From a virus, in IMG/VR virus record IMGVR_UViG_3300025886_000012: a stretch of 64,000 bases of DNA; one strand, 5' to 3'. Position numbers and translations under genes: made by a program. Positions 23,801-31,230 of the stretch are shown here, in pieces; the stretch's first letter is position 1, and each line of letters opens with the position of its first letter. Under the pieces are notes generated by a model that made no database searches, was not told where the DNA came from, and saw nothing but the letters and a program-made list of their open reading frames with translations.

Positions 23801-25419
23801 TCCAAAGGAGATGCATCAGCTTCTTCTACTAAACCAATTTGTTTAACTGAGTTATGTGTATGTACTCTTACTTTATATATTCTTCCTGACACAAGTATAT
23901 CTGTATCAGCAGTAAAAAGTACTCGCATTCCGTGAGCTAAATCAACACCATCGACATTGTATCCAATACTTCCTTCAATAGTACTAAACACATCTTTTGT
24001 ATACGTATCGACTAGGTCAACTTGTGCCTTTGCTTTAGCACCATGATTAAACAATTTAAGACCCGACTCAAATTCAATAATAGGCCTAATTGCTCTTGTA
24101 CTTTCATCTATATCAATTGGCAAATTATTTGCCAATAACGATGATTCAATTACTGATTTATGAAACCATCTATTATTTCGTGACCATGGATTACGATCAG
24201 GACTGTTCCGATTTATTAAAATGTAATCTCGTGTTATAGGCTGTGTTATAGCTACATCAAGAGGATCTTCATCAAACACAGAATTGTCAAAAGGTGATGA
24301 TTTATCAGATGAAAATGCGTTCGAAGTTACTAATTCTGTTTCAGGTATTAATGATATACTATCTCCAACTCCTTCGACATACCATGAACCAGTTGAATAT
24401 TTTGTTGGTATCACATTTCCTTCAAAATGTATCTTCATTCCGTTGCTTAATTTAGTACCTGTTCCTAGTGTATATGTACTTTTTCCAATTATTTCATTAT
24501 CAATATCAATCTGAGAATTTTCTGAAATATTAAAAAAGTTAAGTATTCCACTAACATCACCATCTAATTCACTAATATAGAATAATGTATCAGGAATTGT
24601 ATCACTAACTTTAAGTTCAATTATGCCATTTTCAATATAATTCTGAGTAGTTAATTCTAAACTGCCATCATCTTTATAAATGTATTTTTTTATACCAGTA
24701 GTATAAAGATTACTAGTATTTTGAGTATTAATTTCTGCTGAATACTCTTGATCTATATAGCTTCTATTTGTAGCTATTGCAACTGGATATCCAGGACTAT
24801 TAATATCAAATTTATATGTTTGTCCTTTATATAGTTTTATTGTAGGATTATATTTTATTCCATCAGGAGTTACTACAAATACTGTTGAATTACTATCTAA
24901 CTTATTTGTTATTTTGTAGGTACTAACTGTTTCTCGTTGCTGACCACTAATTGCAACCGATCTTGGACCATTTGATAACCAATAGTATTCTCTAAAATTT
25001 ACAAACTTATCTAAATCAATATGAGGATTCCATGCATAAAATTCTGATGCATTTAATTTGCTATGATTACTAACATCGCCGCCAAACTTTTTTATAACAC
25101 CTAAATAATCATTATAATCTTTATAAAAATTAACATTTTCATATTCGTCTTTTTGGACTAACGCTGGCTCAAATTGATAATCTTCTCTATTTGAAGTAAC
25201 GTCTTTTAAATATAAATCTGTTTTTTCTCTCGATAACGAATGTCGTCTTCCAGCATAAGAATTAATTTTTTCAAGTTTACCAGGAGTAATAAACTGATCA
25301 ACTGTACTTGACAAAAACTTTTTATTAGCGTCTGACCTAAAATATTTAGGTAAAAAATTATGAGATTTTTCAGTATTATTATTGTCAACTGGTAAGGACA
25401 TTTCATCTTTATTAGCCAT
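11809..25419 (-). CDS. Giant (4536 aa) baseplate/virion protein, gp7-like position, with FG-GAP-like and CBM5/12-like repeats
   Basis: Uninterrupted 13.6-kb ORF coupled (TAATG) to gp6-like gene; repeats such as EQFGYCLAVNDTGDKIAIGAP and WSDYTIGDVVRYKQYYY. Confidence 0.7.
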   Translation of the reverse strand: MANKDEMSLPVDNNNTEKSHNFLPKYFRSDANKKFLSSTVDQFITPGKLEKINSYAGRRHSLSREKTDLYLKDVTSNREDYQFEPALVQKDEYENVNFYKDYNDYLGVIKKFGGDVSNHSKLNASEFYAWNPHIDLDKFVNFREYYWLSNGPRSVAISGQQRETVSTYKITNKLDSNSTVFVVTPDGIKYNPTIKLYKGQTYKFDINSPGYPVAIATNRSYIDQEYSAEINTQNTSNLYTTGIKKYIYKDDGSLELTTQNYIENGIIELKVSDTIPDTLFYISELDGDVSGILNFFNISENSQIDIDNEIIGKSTYTLGTGTKLSNGMKIHFEGNVIPTKYSTGSWYVEGVGDSISLIPETELVTSNAFSSDKSSPFDNSVFDEDPLDVAITQPITRDYILINRNSPDRNPWSRNNRWFHKSVIESSLLANNLPIDIDESTRAIRPIIEFESGLKLFNHGAKAKAQVDLVDTYTKDVFSTIEGSIGYNVDGVDLAHGMRVLFTADTDILVSGRIYKVRVHTHNSVKQIGLVEEADASPLDNDVVLSKLGNSYKGKMFFYNGKNWKLAQEKTAINQEPLFDLFDKLQNNLNDEILYDSSNFAGNKVFSYKIGTGVADTELGFPLSYNSINNIGDIAFNFDLLTQSVIYQTASLTEVTYKTDKAFLKKYNTDGTTFEYTSGWKKANVNSYQHVIQTLQVSTILNNFDIDVYDNSSQLTDLTVQVLVNGIRKIENVDYTVDNTSNFRRIVFIKNLKTEDLVVFKCLSSADKNTNGFYEMPINFEKNPLNENITSFTLGEVSDHVDSIAEAHPSFDGVHPGSNNLRDIGNLAKYGRRFVKHSGPVNLALYHLASDDSNVVNSLRYAKTEYAKFKRKLIFEIENSGFHGSAKEHADLVLSNLSKDFISSNAFKFMDMIGFENEIKTRHTITSTSVSYFSLSSTFTLDTLSSKSVLVYKNDQQLLHDKDYTFKDGFVNLLTTPLINDVIDIYEYDSTDSWFVPPTPTKLGLYPKYQPIKYIDTTYNFNTPVSVIQGHDGSLIKAFDDYRDDIILEIEYRIFNNIKAKYDVNKLDIHDFIKGKFRSSGFSSTKINKILISDFVSWNETVGNLTYSENNDFLDTDSFSYNYSYLGSYNNEVLSGSWRSIYKDYFDTDRPHSHPWEMVGFYIKPTWWDTVYGVAPYTKDNLILWQDLSQGIIRQPGVAIIKNKKYVRLDLLNYIPVDSSGNLLSPYDSGLAQNFNVSTANQSWMFGDYSPVETAWRRSSEYPFALLTAWVLSQPAKVLGLGFDTSRVNRDLSNNLVYSSTEKQIELSELLFPTFDNVQTINYSSGLINYISAFLIGKNLDVYNLYKDTLTKLTNQLSIKLGGYADKSKLKLVLDSRSPLNKNTVFVPDENYQIFFNTSSVIDLVSISAIIVEKSNKGYLISGYNKTTPFFDIYKSIRQVGDIQLTVGGVSEEFILWSQESQYVSGIVVQYNDEYYRTTITHESTQTFDDKKFTKLSKLPLAGGTTALIATHFEDTLTRYNYGHLIETDQELVDFLLGYEQYLQQQGFIFDYFNNETELVEDVNLLIKEFLFWTQQNWDNGTVLSLSPFANAVVFERKYHVVDNLKDSKNNDYVLLSNDGTVVTNNTISVYRDEKNMFGIQPLDDKHLIYSVNLPLVQREHIVLIDNSTVFNDTIYQTSTGYRQDRIKLVGHRTADWNGSYNIPGFIFDDPKISDWQVWSDYTIGDVVRYKQYYYSSNTTHSSTEKFNPVFWTLLDQKPTRQLLPNWDYKALQFTEFYDLDSDNFDSEQQRMAQHLIGYQPREYLSNIIADSSSEYKFYQGFIQEKGTKNSLTKLFDKLSTADKDSLEFYEEWALRVGNFGSFDNIEELEFKLDESKIKLEPQIFELTDNTTSRNDLVYELTNNSLQLTPDGYNNNPFVEKFDNNFFTRYSGFVNDNDVSFIVTFKDNILDLNLNAISAGEFIWVTHELTSWNVYRIIHADELTINSFALNLPEESRIDQQGNFVQGFTCYFNGYVNLSVNDIIGIRSDSIVTGFYKVNSVLAKDGLTEVGLLTSQAINEEDQFPTLSSTTVLKLVTRKFADVNIANSTAIDLYNTPGDRIWLENNGNSLWEVYQNQSMFKLHNEVINPVELDSTTDEFGTSISSNKLNNIVTIGSPTHNNIGRIGIFTRNTEFENLIQSQALIPVDSLHSTSSNYGFSTSITSTDRFIAVGAPLATNVKSKLVGTLSSSGNYSAGDIVLDRGILWEARRTITGDNSTITDQSHDWKVVSMLTADKDGTSSGLSNQGLVYLYEKNYQTGAYGFHSCVISPTPTTDEKFGYHVEIRKTVGEETYRLFVGAPGADRIYFIDYDGSTWNYSIDRKFKGEYSNSVQYNNLDIVLYNEELYQASITMTAGSNLPTITAAWTKISDPTLSTVSLIEHTGYVPRTGMNIADEADDSSADSIVNIGKIFDVNELGDVLAFKSSDGFDNKISVYFNQLGRWKYIQDISSANTHEQFGYCLAVNDTGDKIAIGAPGNDETGIDQGCVYVYKKTTINNVSTYSLDQTLKSIHLEINEFFGTSLDFSKNKLAVSAKNTDRRLSISFDTYDEFIQKYIVDQLADHTLVYSKYVLDSLGTKNDSITTFDSNSTTFKNVTKDTGRIFIFQDIGNNFIFAEDVDYQRKTTGSELENFVFSNNHIYIGLPNVDPADTSDSTIVNLTTADSVGIVTDLRADINIDSWTSLSVQDGMINLDKIKRVLLYSADTDDLLTTLDVVDCRQGRIPRVADVEISYKTFYDPAIYSVNTQDELGNIVANVVVDESSAWNEEYEGRLWWNLSTSAWYDPYQGDSHYRSAHRSKLIFGTSIDIYEWVGTSLTPSQWLSLSNTNEGISNGVSGVPLYGDQAYSIKRVFDSVSKTFSEKYFYWVKNKKTIPSVNFRTLDAMSVANLIADPASQGYRYVEILDTDKFILHNCKSFIEGTNSILRFELLKDENLQVNLHREYQLLAEGVVSREKLNHEIEQKWLDSLVGYDLQEIQLPDLSLPVSNRYGILNYPRQGMFINNKEALKQVIERANSILYKYQIVDNYDISGLLTFDKIPNADTGVYDSIVETIEDLDNIIMAKFEKAELLPVISNGKIIRVNIIKSGRSYVNAPVIKITSSSGIGAVLQSTINNLGQITSVTVRDSGKKYSSNTTLTVRDYTALVKTDSTVENVWTIYKYNKITRIWERTNIQSYDTRQYWIYKDWYADGYDKLTTINKSVDQSYQLFLLDCEIGDIVKIKTIGTGGWLLLKKINDTDTEDYTVNYQTIGRENGTIELSTSLYDTITSSKGYDSKLYDTSFYDKEPVEELRIIMSVLKNNIFIADLEVEYYNLFFASLRYAFAEQPGLDWAFKSSFVTAKHNLGNFKKTRNYQNDNLENYQDYVNEVKPFKTKVREYISSYENISNTQTMTSDFDLPPSYHDGLIETSSAVYNKTTDLISNLDTRYNNYPYKNWKDNVGFDIASIKVINGGSGYIDTPIVKIGDSDIIAYAYLKNGSVDSIQIISQPNTLKFLTAPTITIGTSKDGVTASAIAILGKSVVRSSHMIMKFDRVRGSYYVTDLVVNESFTGTGSKETFGLKWPIDIKTNQFSITINSKVLVSSNYTVGNKLDTTKGYDRYLGYVTFNTAPLATDTIVITYKKDIRMLDAADRINFFYTPTSNMPGKDLSQLLNGVKNAKSVYEGTDFGVEQGFEAQGFGTQPWDAFDSAYEDEVFILDGSTNIFQMSSPLIDGVEYHVYLNGVRIDGPNFDGSTIINNVRMSTIIGDGSTTVIVLNEQIVGITDGDNVIIRKATSDGSFTPSPNSYDIALSGGDLGYTTATGVLPESINIDGDDFVSPLSSQGPEELVPGQLIDTLDMRVFHKPSEGVGKIDVVHYTLDTSTTTFTLPGTPFSNSDIIVQLDGVILPSELYSINWFDNTLHIDGDSSYEIGGSNRVSITTIGANGTDLIDRNSLTYVTGISQIPTVAIWSTTVTAILTINGVIKTVGVDYNLVKSTTGKVVIELLNTASISNNNIIQYSLYNNTLKTYSQIITDKTFIPDGSTTTYSVNVTPFNNNPWSHKILLLVDNKVQKPGYSRTYTATSSRVYNIDSWQFTQPSQITSTDIQVFVDTVKLTSLQYTYNPAEYTITLTDDLIAPVGASINVVIDKDADYKVRSDIIEFTTAPAAGKKVELIHFSNHDVNKFERVALSVLTTSTTGEPSTIASLTSGTPEYIKRQEVTQGIIRLTNIVSNNRYVWVFKNGVMLDVNIDYIVNSKLNAVELTNIPVELDTIDVLQFGNSTTDSFGYRVFKDMLNRTHYKRLNEANSYKLQSILNYNDNTIQLQNATGIFEPDVSTNIPGVIFVEGERIEYFAKTGNNLTQLRRGTLGTGVKLAYAVDTKVYGQGPDENILYNDTIDKQTFSGNGSSATVDLNFTPTYGVNEIEIKVGGKRLRKSSISMYNESNDQDSTEGDETINPEFTISGNTVTFSTIPLDGERIEVYRKTGQIWNEIVSNSTTKSLGSSNNDISKFLLKATIQLPK

Positions 25420-28400
25420 TAGTAACTATATCCTCCACTACTCGAACTACTACTTGAACTACTACTTGAACTACTACTTGAACTACTACTTGAACTACTT
25501 GAACCACTCTGTATTGAATACGTCGAAGCTGCTATACTAGTTGTTCCGCTTTGTATTGCTAAATTTGGTTGGCTAGTTGCAATTGTAATTGCACCCTCGG
25601 CTTTTAGCCTATCAGCAGTTATTGAAGTAATTATTTCAACATCGTCGACTGTTGCTGCACTAATAAATATTTCATCAGCATTTGCTTTTATTTCTTGAAG
25701 ACTTCCAAAATAACTACTAGGGTCTCTTGGCACTATTACAATGTTGCTTATATTTGTAGCCAATTGTTGCATTATGTAAGCACTTAGTTCGCCCCAGTAA
25801 AATGTTTCGCCAAAGTCCCAATTTGTTAAGGAAAAATATTGATCAATAGCTGCAATGATTTGAGATTTTAAATCATTATTATTTGTAACTTTTTCATTAT
25901 TTTTTACCACTTTAAAAACTGCTTGCATTTTTGACTCACTTATTTTTCCAAATAAAGGTTTAAAAACTACTGGATGATAAATTAATTCATCACTAATAGA
26001 TTTAATTTTGTTTATATCAGTACTGTATGTTCTATACAATAAATCACTACTCGGCGGAAGCGGTGCAGTTGTTAATACTCCTGAAAGATATAACCTATAA
26101 TTAGTATTATACTGCTTGGTTAATAGATACATATCTATTATATTAGTTGAACTAGGATCAATTCTTGTATTTTCATCAGTGGCATGTACGTATTGAAATT
26201 TAAGGTTATTTCTTCCAGTATATGCGTTATAATTATAGTTATCGGTAAGTGTTTTAGTTGTACTATTCAAATTGTAAAATAATCCTAGTGTCGTTGTATA
26301 AAATACAGGATTGTTTTCTGTTAGTGTATTAATACTTTCATAATCAGTAACTATTATAATATTTTCGATTTGTTGATCAACATAATCATAACTTTCACTA
26401 TTATTCTTTGTTATTTTTTTAGTAAACACATACTCAGTTGATTTAACTATTTTTTCAAATAATTCAATATCGTCAACTACTCCATCATCGTCGGAATCAG
26501 AAAAAGTAATTTCTAATTTTTTATTATTAATATAACCATCGTCATTATAAAATGATTTTGAAACTTCCCAATTAAAATCAGTTGTATAAGCTAACGTATT
26601 AGTCGAGGCATTAACATCATTATTAATACTTAATACGCTAATAGTATCTTTAATAAGTTTTCCTGTTTTTGAATCGTATATTTTTTTATTTTGGTCAAAG
26701 AAAAATTTAACTTCATTATAACTTTCAAAAATATAGCGAAGAGATCGGTAACTTACATCATAAGTAGTTCCGTTTGTTTCAAAAAGTAATATCCAGCTTG
26801 AGTCTAATGACTTACTAGTTGTATCGCCTGCTGCCGATGTACTAAAATTATTAACAAGATTTAAATCATCTTGTAGAATAATTTTCCATTGCTTGGTGTT
26901 TCTGTCATATCTTAAACCAAAAGTTTTATATGAAAATATTTGGTTTATCATTTCTACTTTAGTTAATGCTGTTAATGTCCTTACAAATTTTGGTTTAATT
27001 TCTGATAATATTGCTCCATTTGGAATTTTATCATTTAATGTAATTGGTCCAAGACCTGTGGTTGTATTAGTTTTTCCATCAGTGTAAATACTTACTACCT
27101 TTGTCCATTTATAAGTAGAAGATCCTGCGTGACTTGCAGGGCCGGCCATCAATGTTCCATCTGGCATAAAATGGTATCCTTCTGGTGGAGTAAATTTAAC
27201 CATAGCACCTGACTCAAAAAATCTTAAAGTACTTTCAGTATATGAACCTACAACTACAGCTATATCAGTAGAATCAACAATTTTACCTGTAGACCGATTA
27301 GTTTCTGTAGTAACTGATGACCATGTTAACCCTATTAATTGATAGGACTGATTTTGAAAATTATCTAGATAAAAATTTCTTACATTTTTATCTTTTAAAA
27401 TAGATGATATTCTATTTTCAATTACACCTTCGATATCTGTACGAGTAACAAAACTAAACATTTCTTTTTTTGTTATGTTTTCCTTGTATAAAACGCCATC
27501 TGAACCAAAAATTCTTGTATTACTATATTTTCCAGTTGCATCAACTAGATCATAATTACGATTTATTCCGCTAGCGGTTCTATTAACTGCTTTAGATTTT
27601 ATAATATCTTGACTTATACCCAAAGGACCAATATTATAATCTTCACCAGTAATTAACCTATTTTGTGTATAATAAGTACTTGGAGCATTATCACGAATAC
27701 TATCTGAAGTTTCTGAACTAGATGCATTACTTACTGTACTTTTTAAGTCTAAATTTATTGTTAAAGTTTCTGACCTGCCAATACTACTAATATATGGCAA
27801 CGAGACCGAAACATTACTAATATTTGCTGGTAATATTGTAAAATCTCTGTTTACACTAGTTCTGTAATATATTCTAAAAGTACCTTTTGGTAAATCACCA
27901 AAAACACCATCAGAAAAACGCAAGCTTATTCTATCGTTAATTCGAGTAACAACAGAATAAAAAGACTTTATTCCTTTGTTTAAACTATTATAAACAACAT
28001 TATTTCCTTCAACAGCTTCAACTTGTGTCCATAATTCTTGTTCATTACCATTGGAATCTAGCTTGTATAGCCATATATCTGATTGATTTATATTTTCAGC
28101 ATCAATATCAACTCTTTGGTTTGGCACTGGATTATCAATTACAAATTCTCCTCTTTGTAATTGTCCTTGTACAAAATTAAGAAAGAATCCTGTATTAGAA
28201 CTAGCAGCACCTTGGCCATTATCTCTATACAAAAAATTCATACTGCTAGATAATGTAGGTGCTGACTCGATAATTTCTGAGTCTTTGATTCCGGTACTTA
28301 CTACTTCAAAATCTAACGACTGACTGCTTACTGCTTTGCTAAATGCATAAACTGGAATTCCAACCTGTGCTAGATTAAATGCATATTTCTCTGTAGGAAT

Positions 28401-28943
28401 ATTAGCTACATTAGCAAATTCCATCGGCTGTCCAAATTTATTTTGTGTCATCATTGCTGCATTTAATACACGAACAAATTGTTCAAACCAGTCTCGATTT
28501 GTTGGATCGTTCCATGCAATTGATCTGCCACTTAAATTATTAGAATTTGAATCAACTACATTTTCTGTAGTAGATATACTTGTAAATTTTAATAATCCTT
28601 TAGCTGCTTGATTTCTTTTTGGACTATAAGATAACAGTCTGGCTAAGCGTAGTACACTTTCTCTACGTTCGGCTAATTCAATAAAGTTTTCTCTGGCATT
28701 AAGATCAACACGGAAACTAATATTTTGTCCAAGAAAAGCCACCATATCAATTAGTGCTAGATATTCTGAACTTTCAATATAATCATTAAAATCTTCAGGA
28801 TAGTTAGTACGAAGATAATCAATCATAGTTCTTCTTAGATTATCAAAATCATAGCTTTTAAAATCAGCAAATTTAAAACTTTGATAGACTCGTTTCCAGT
28901 CTTCGGCTGCTAATAGTCTAGTTTGTCTGTCAGTTGAGGACAT
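25419..28943 (-). CDS. gp6: Baseplate wedge subunit, gp6-like, with 22-Ser C-terminal tail
   Basis: DFDNLRRTMIDYL..DFNDY..LIDMVAFLGQNISFRVDLNARENFIELAERRESVLRLARLLSYSP; RLITGEDY; follows gp25-like gene. Confidence 0.8.
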   Translation of the reverse strand: MSSTDRQTRLLAAEDWKRVYQSFKFADFKSYDFDNLRRTMIDYLRTNYPEDFNDYIESSEYLALIDMVAFLGQNISFRVDLNARENFIELAERRESVLRLARLLSYSPKRNQAAKGLLKFTSISTTENVVDSNSNNLSGRSIAWNDPTNRDWFEQFVRVLNAAMMTQNKFGQPMEFANVANIPTEKYAFNLAQVGIPVYAFSKAVSSQSLDFEVVSTGIKDSEIIESAPTLSSSMNFLYRDNGQGAASSNTGFFLNFVQGQLQRGEFVIDNPVPNQRVDIDAENINQSDIWLYKLDSNGNEQELWTQVEAVEGNNVVYNSLNKGIKSFYSVVTRINDRISLRFSDGVFGDLPKGTFRIYYRTSVNRDFTILPANISNVSVSLPYISSIGRSETLTINLDLKSTVSNASSSETSDSIRDNAPSTYYTQNRLITGEDYNIGPLGISQDIIKSKAVNRTASGINRNYDLVDATGKYSNTRIFGSDGVLYKENITKKEMFSFVTRTDIEGVIENRISSILKDKNVRNFYLDNFQNQSYQLIGLTWSSVTTETNRSTGKIVDSTDIAVVVGSYTESTLRFFESGAMVKFTPPEGYHFMPDGTLMAGPASHAGSSTYKWTKVVSIYTDGKTNTTTGLGPITLNDKIPNGAILSEIKPKFVRTLTALTKVEMINQIFSYKTFGLRYDRNTKQWKIILQDDLNLVNNFSTSAAGDTTSKSLDSSWILLFETNGTTYDVSYRSLRYIFESYNEVKFFFDQNKKIYDSKTGKLIKDTISVLSINNDVNASTNTLAYTTDFNWEVSKSFYNDDGYINNKKLEITFSDSDDDGVVDDIELFEKIVKSTEYVFTKKITKNNSESYDYVDQQIENIIIVTDYESINTLTENNPVFYTTTLGLFYNLNSTTKTLTDNYNYNAYTGRNNLKFQYVHATDENTRIDPSSTNIIDMYLLTKQYNTNYRLYLSGVLTTAPLPPSSDLLYRTYSTDINKIKSISDELIYHPVVFKPLFGKISESKMQAVFKVVKNNEKVTNNNDLKSQIIAAIDQYFSLTNWDFGETFYWGELSAYIMQQLATNISNIVIVPRDPSSYFGSLQEIKANADEIFISAATVDDVEIITSITADRLKAEGAITIATSQPNLAIQSGTTSIAASTYSIQSGSSSSSSSSSSSSSSSSSSSSSSGGYSY
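25444..25500. repeat. Tandem repeat GAACTACTACTT x4 plus partial copy, encoding poly-Ser
   Basis: Four exact 12-bp units read directly; minus strand TCA AGT AGT AGT. Confidence 0.95.
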
Positions 28944-28966
28944 GTGCGCTTTCCTTAATTATACAG

Positions 28967-28974
28967 TATTTATG
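28967..28974 (-). promoter_or_regulatory. Late promoter CATAAATA
   Basis: Upstream of gp6-like gene. Confidence 0.55.
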
Positions 28975-28994
28975 TGTATTAGAAAAGTGCGTGT

Positions 28995-29435
28995 TTAAAT
29001 TAACCCATTGTCTCTATCAAATTCTAACTGTAAAAATTCACTAATATTATATTCTAAATATGTTACTTCAAACTCAACTTGTATTCCTGACTCGTATGAA
29101 TCAACATTAATAGCATCAACAGTTACTCGGGGATCTGATCCTACAATTTCTGTTAGATTTTGTATAATAGACTGCTTTAGTGTATCAGTAAATGGCTCAT
29201 ATAATACATCCCATATTATGTTTCCAAATTCTGGATTTTCTAACTTTTCACCTATTCGAATATATAAGTGGTTTAGTATGTCTTGTTTTATTATTGCAAC
29301 ATCAAATTTTTTAAATTCTTTATTTTCATCAACAGTACTTAGACCTCGATATGACCTATTAGCAATAGGTTTGTTAATCGGTGAAACTGGTTCAACTTGA
29401 ACCAATTTATATAAGTTTTTTTCTAATGTACTCAT
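28995..29435 (-). CDS. gp25: Baseplate wedge subunit, gp25-like
   Basis: IKQDILNHLYIRIGEKLENPEFGNIIWDVLYEP..DPRV..VEFEVTY. Confidence 0.85.
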   Translation of the reverse strand: MSTLEKNLYKLVQVEPVSPINKPIANRSYRGLSTVDENKEFKKFDVAIIKQDILNHLYIRIGEKLENPEFGNIIWDVLYEPFTDTLKQSIIQNLTEIVGSDPRVTVDAINVDSYESGIQVEFEVTYLEYNISEFLQLEFDRDNGLI

Positions 29436-29439
29436 TCTA

Positions 29440-29446
29440 TATTTAC
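29440..29446 (-). promoter_or_regulatory. Late promoter variant GTAAATA, 4 nt before ATG
   Basis: GTAAATA-TAGA-ATG, no SD. Confidence 0.5.
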
Positions 29447-29447
29447 C

Positions 29448-30953
29448 TTATATTTTTAGACTTTTTATAGTTTTTTCTAACTCTTCAGCTGTTGCAATTA
29501 GTCCTTTTGTTTCTACTTTTGCTAAACTTACAAATTTTTCAATCTTATCTTTATTATTATCAAGTATGTCTTGTGCAGAACTAGCCAGTTGTTTTAGATC
29601 TTTATCTTCTAAATTAATTACATTAAATGGTGCTAGTTTAGCTAATTCACTAGCAGCTTGAGTAACTGCTATTCCTCCGGATAATTTATTTGAAAGCAAC
29701 GAAGTAGGGTCCGATAGTGATTTTATTTTTGAAGTAACTGACGAGGCAGCATTAGATATGTTTGAAGATACAGCAGAACTTGTACTTGATGAAACAATCG
29801 ACGACACTGAGGACGCAGCACCTGAAATTGAATCAGGTACCCTTGAAGATATAGCCGAAGCAGCACCTGAAATTGCTTTAGACATGTTGCTAAATGATTG
29901 TGTTATAAGTTCATCTGGTATTTGCGCCGAACTATATGCTACTGTTTCATTTTGTGATGAAAATCTTCCAGCTGCTGCATCTATTGCATCAGTTCCTGAC
30001 AGTCCTCCGGTAACTTCTAATTTTTTAACTAAATCAGCTGCTTGAGTTTCTGTTAGATTGGATACACCAGGATCATCAGTTGCTACTGTGCCTGCTTGCA
30101 ACGACTGTGGTCCGGTACCATTAATTAAGATATCTTTTATTTTTTCACCTACACGAAAATCATATCTATCATCAAGTGGACTGATTACATTATAACCATA
30201 TGGATTTCCTGGTGAAGGTAATGATCCTTTAGGTCCTGGCATATTTTGATGTTTTTGTCCTCTGCGGCGTACACCTCCCATTGCTTGAATTTCGGCTTGT
30301 GTTAATGGTGAGAAACCTTCAGGCAAATATGATGCTGCATTAGCAATATCAACTTTGGTAACTTCTCCAGTTCCGCCGTTTTTAATATCAATTAATCCAG
30401 CTAAAAATGCATCTGCTTTTCCGTGTGCTGCATTAAGGCCATCGCCTGCATAATAACTTTGTCCTTTATTTACTATACGACGGTGACCTTGAGCTCTAAA
30501 TGGCATCGGAACACTTGCAAATTCTTTTGCAAGATGTACTTGAAAATTAGCAGAATTTTCTTGAGATGAATAAGAATTTCCTTCGTGTATCAAAGATCCA
30601 GCTTTCCATTTATCCAATCGACGTATTGACTTCAATCTTAATAAAATTAAATAATCTTGTATATCAGGAGTAAAAATTGTTCTTTCAGGATCAAGCTTTG
30701 AAATCTTAACTACATCTAGTAGTGTATTTTTTATAAATTGATAACGACCACATGCTGTAGATTTAAAACCTGATCTAATTCTTGAAATTTGAAAATCTTT
30801 AACCTGTTTGAGAGACATACGAATTAAATTAGGCTCTGTTGTACTTGGCCAAAGTGCTGTATAAGGGTCTCCGCGAACACCAGTTGATTCTCCTTTTGCA
30901 ATTAATGATAATAAGGCTTTATCCTGTTGTGTTATTTCAATAGTAGTGCTCAT
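29448..30953 (-). CDS. Lysozyme-like muramidase/transglycosylase domain plus long S/A-rich C-terminal region
   Basis: ALLSLIAKGES (candidate catalytic Glu), STACGRYQFIKNTL, FTPDIQD, LAKEFASVP; lambda-R/GH24-like layout. Confidence 0.7.
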   Translation of the reverse strand: MSTTIEITQQDKALLSLIAKGESTGVRGDPYTALWPSTTEPNLIRMSLKQVKDFQISRIRSGFKSTACGRYQFIKNTLLDVVKISKLDPERTIFTPDIQDYLILLRLKSIRRLDKWKAGSLIHEGNSYSSQENSANFQVHLAKEFASVPMPFRAQGHRRIVNKGQSYYAGDGLNAAHGKADAFLAGLIDIKNGGTGEVTKVDIANAASYLPEGFSPLTQAEIQAMGGVRRRGQKHQNMPGPKGSLPSPGNPYGYNVISPLDDRYDFRVGEKIKDILINGTGPQSLQAGTVATDDPGVSNLTETQAADLVKKLEVTGGLSGTDAIDAAAGRFSSQNETVAYSSAQIPDELITQSFSNMSKAISGAASAISSRVPDSISGAASSVSSIVSSSTSSAVSSNISNAASSVTSKIKSLSDPTSLLSNKLSGGIAVTQAASELAKLAPFNVINLEDKDLKQLASSAQDILDNNKDKIEKFVSLAKVETKGLIATAEELEKTIKSLKI

Positions 30954-30962
30954 ATTTTTTCC

Positions 30963-31217
30963 TTATTTTATATATTTTTTTAATAACAAGTAAATTGTGT
31001 AACAAACAAACAAGTACGCTGTTGCTACACCTACGTCTATTAAATGTTCTCGCATATGATATATAAATTCTATACCTGCTTGTACATCGCCCATATTGTC
31101 TGTGCTTTCGTTAATAGTTACGTTTTTTGTCCCTATGTTACCATTGACTGTTTGCATCATCATTGACTCTAAATTTTGTTCTACTGGGCCGTCTAGCGGC
31201 ACTGTGTGACTACTCAT
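30963..31217 (-). CDS. Small membrane protein (84 aa, one C-terminal TM helix)
   Basis: ATG 31217 with SD GGAG; hydrophobic LIDVGVATAYLFVCYTIYLLL then KKYIK. Track start at 31304 overlaps upstream gene. Confidence 0.65.
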   Translation of the reverse strand: MSSHTVPLDGPVEQNLESMMMQTVNGNIGTKNVTINESTDNMGDVQAGIEFIYHMREHLIDVGVATAYLFVCYTIYLLLKKYIK

Positions 31218-31230
31218 TATTACTCCTTTA

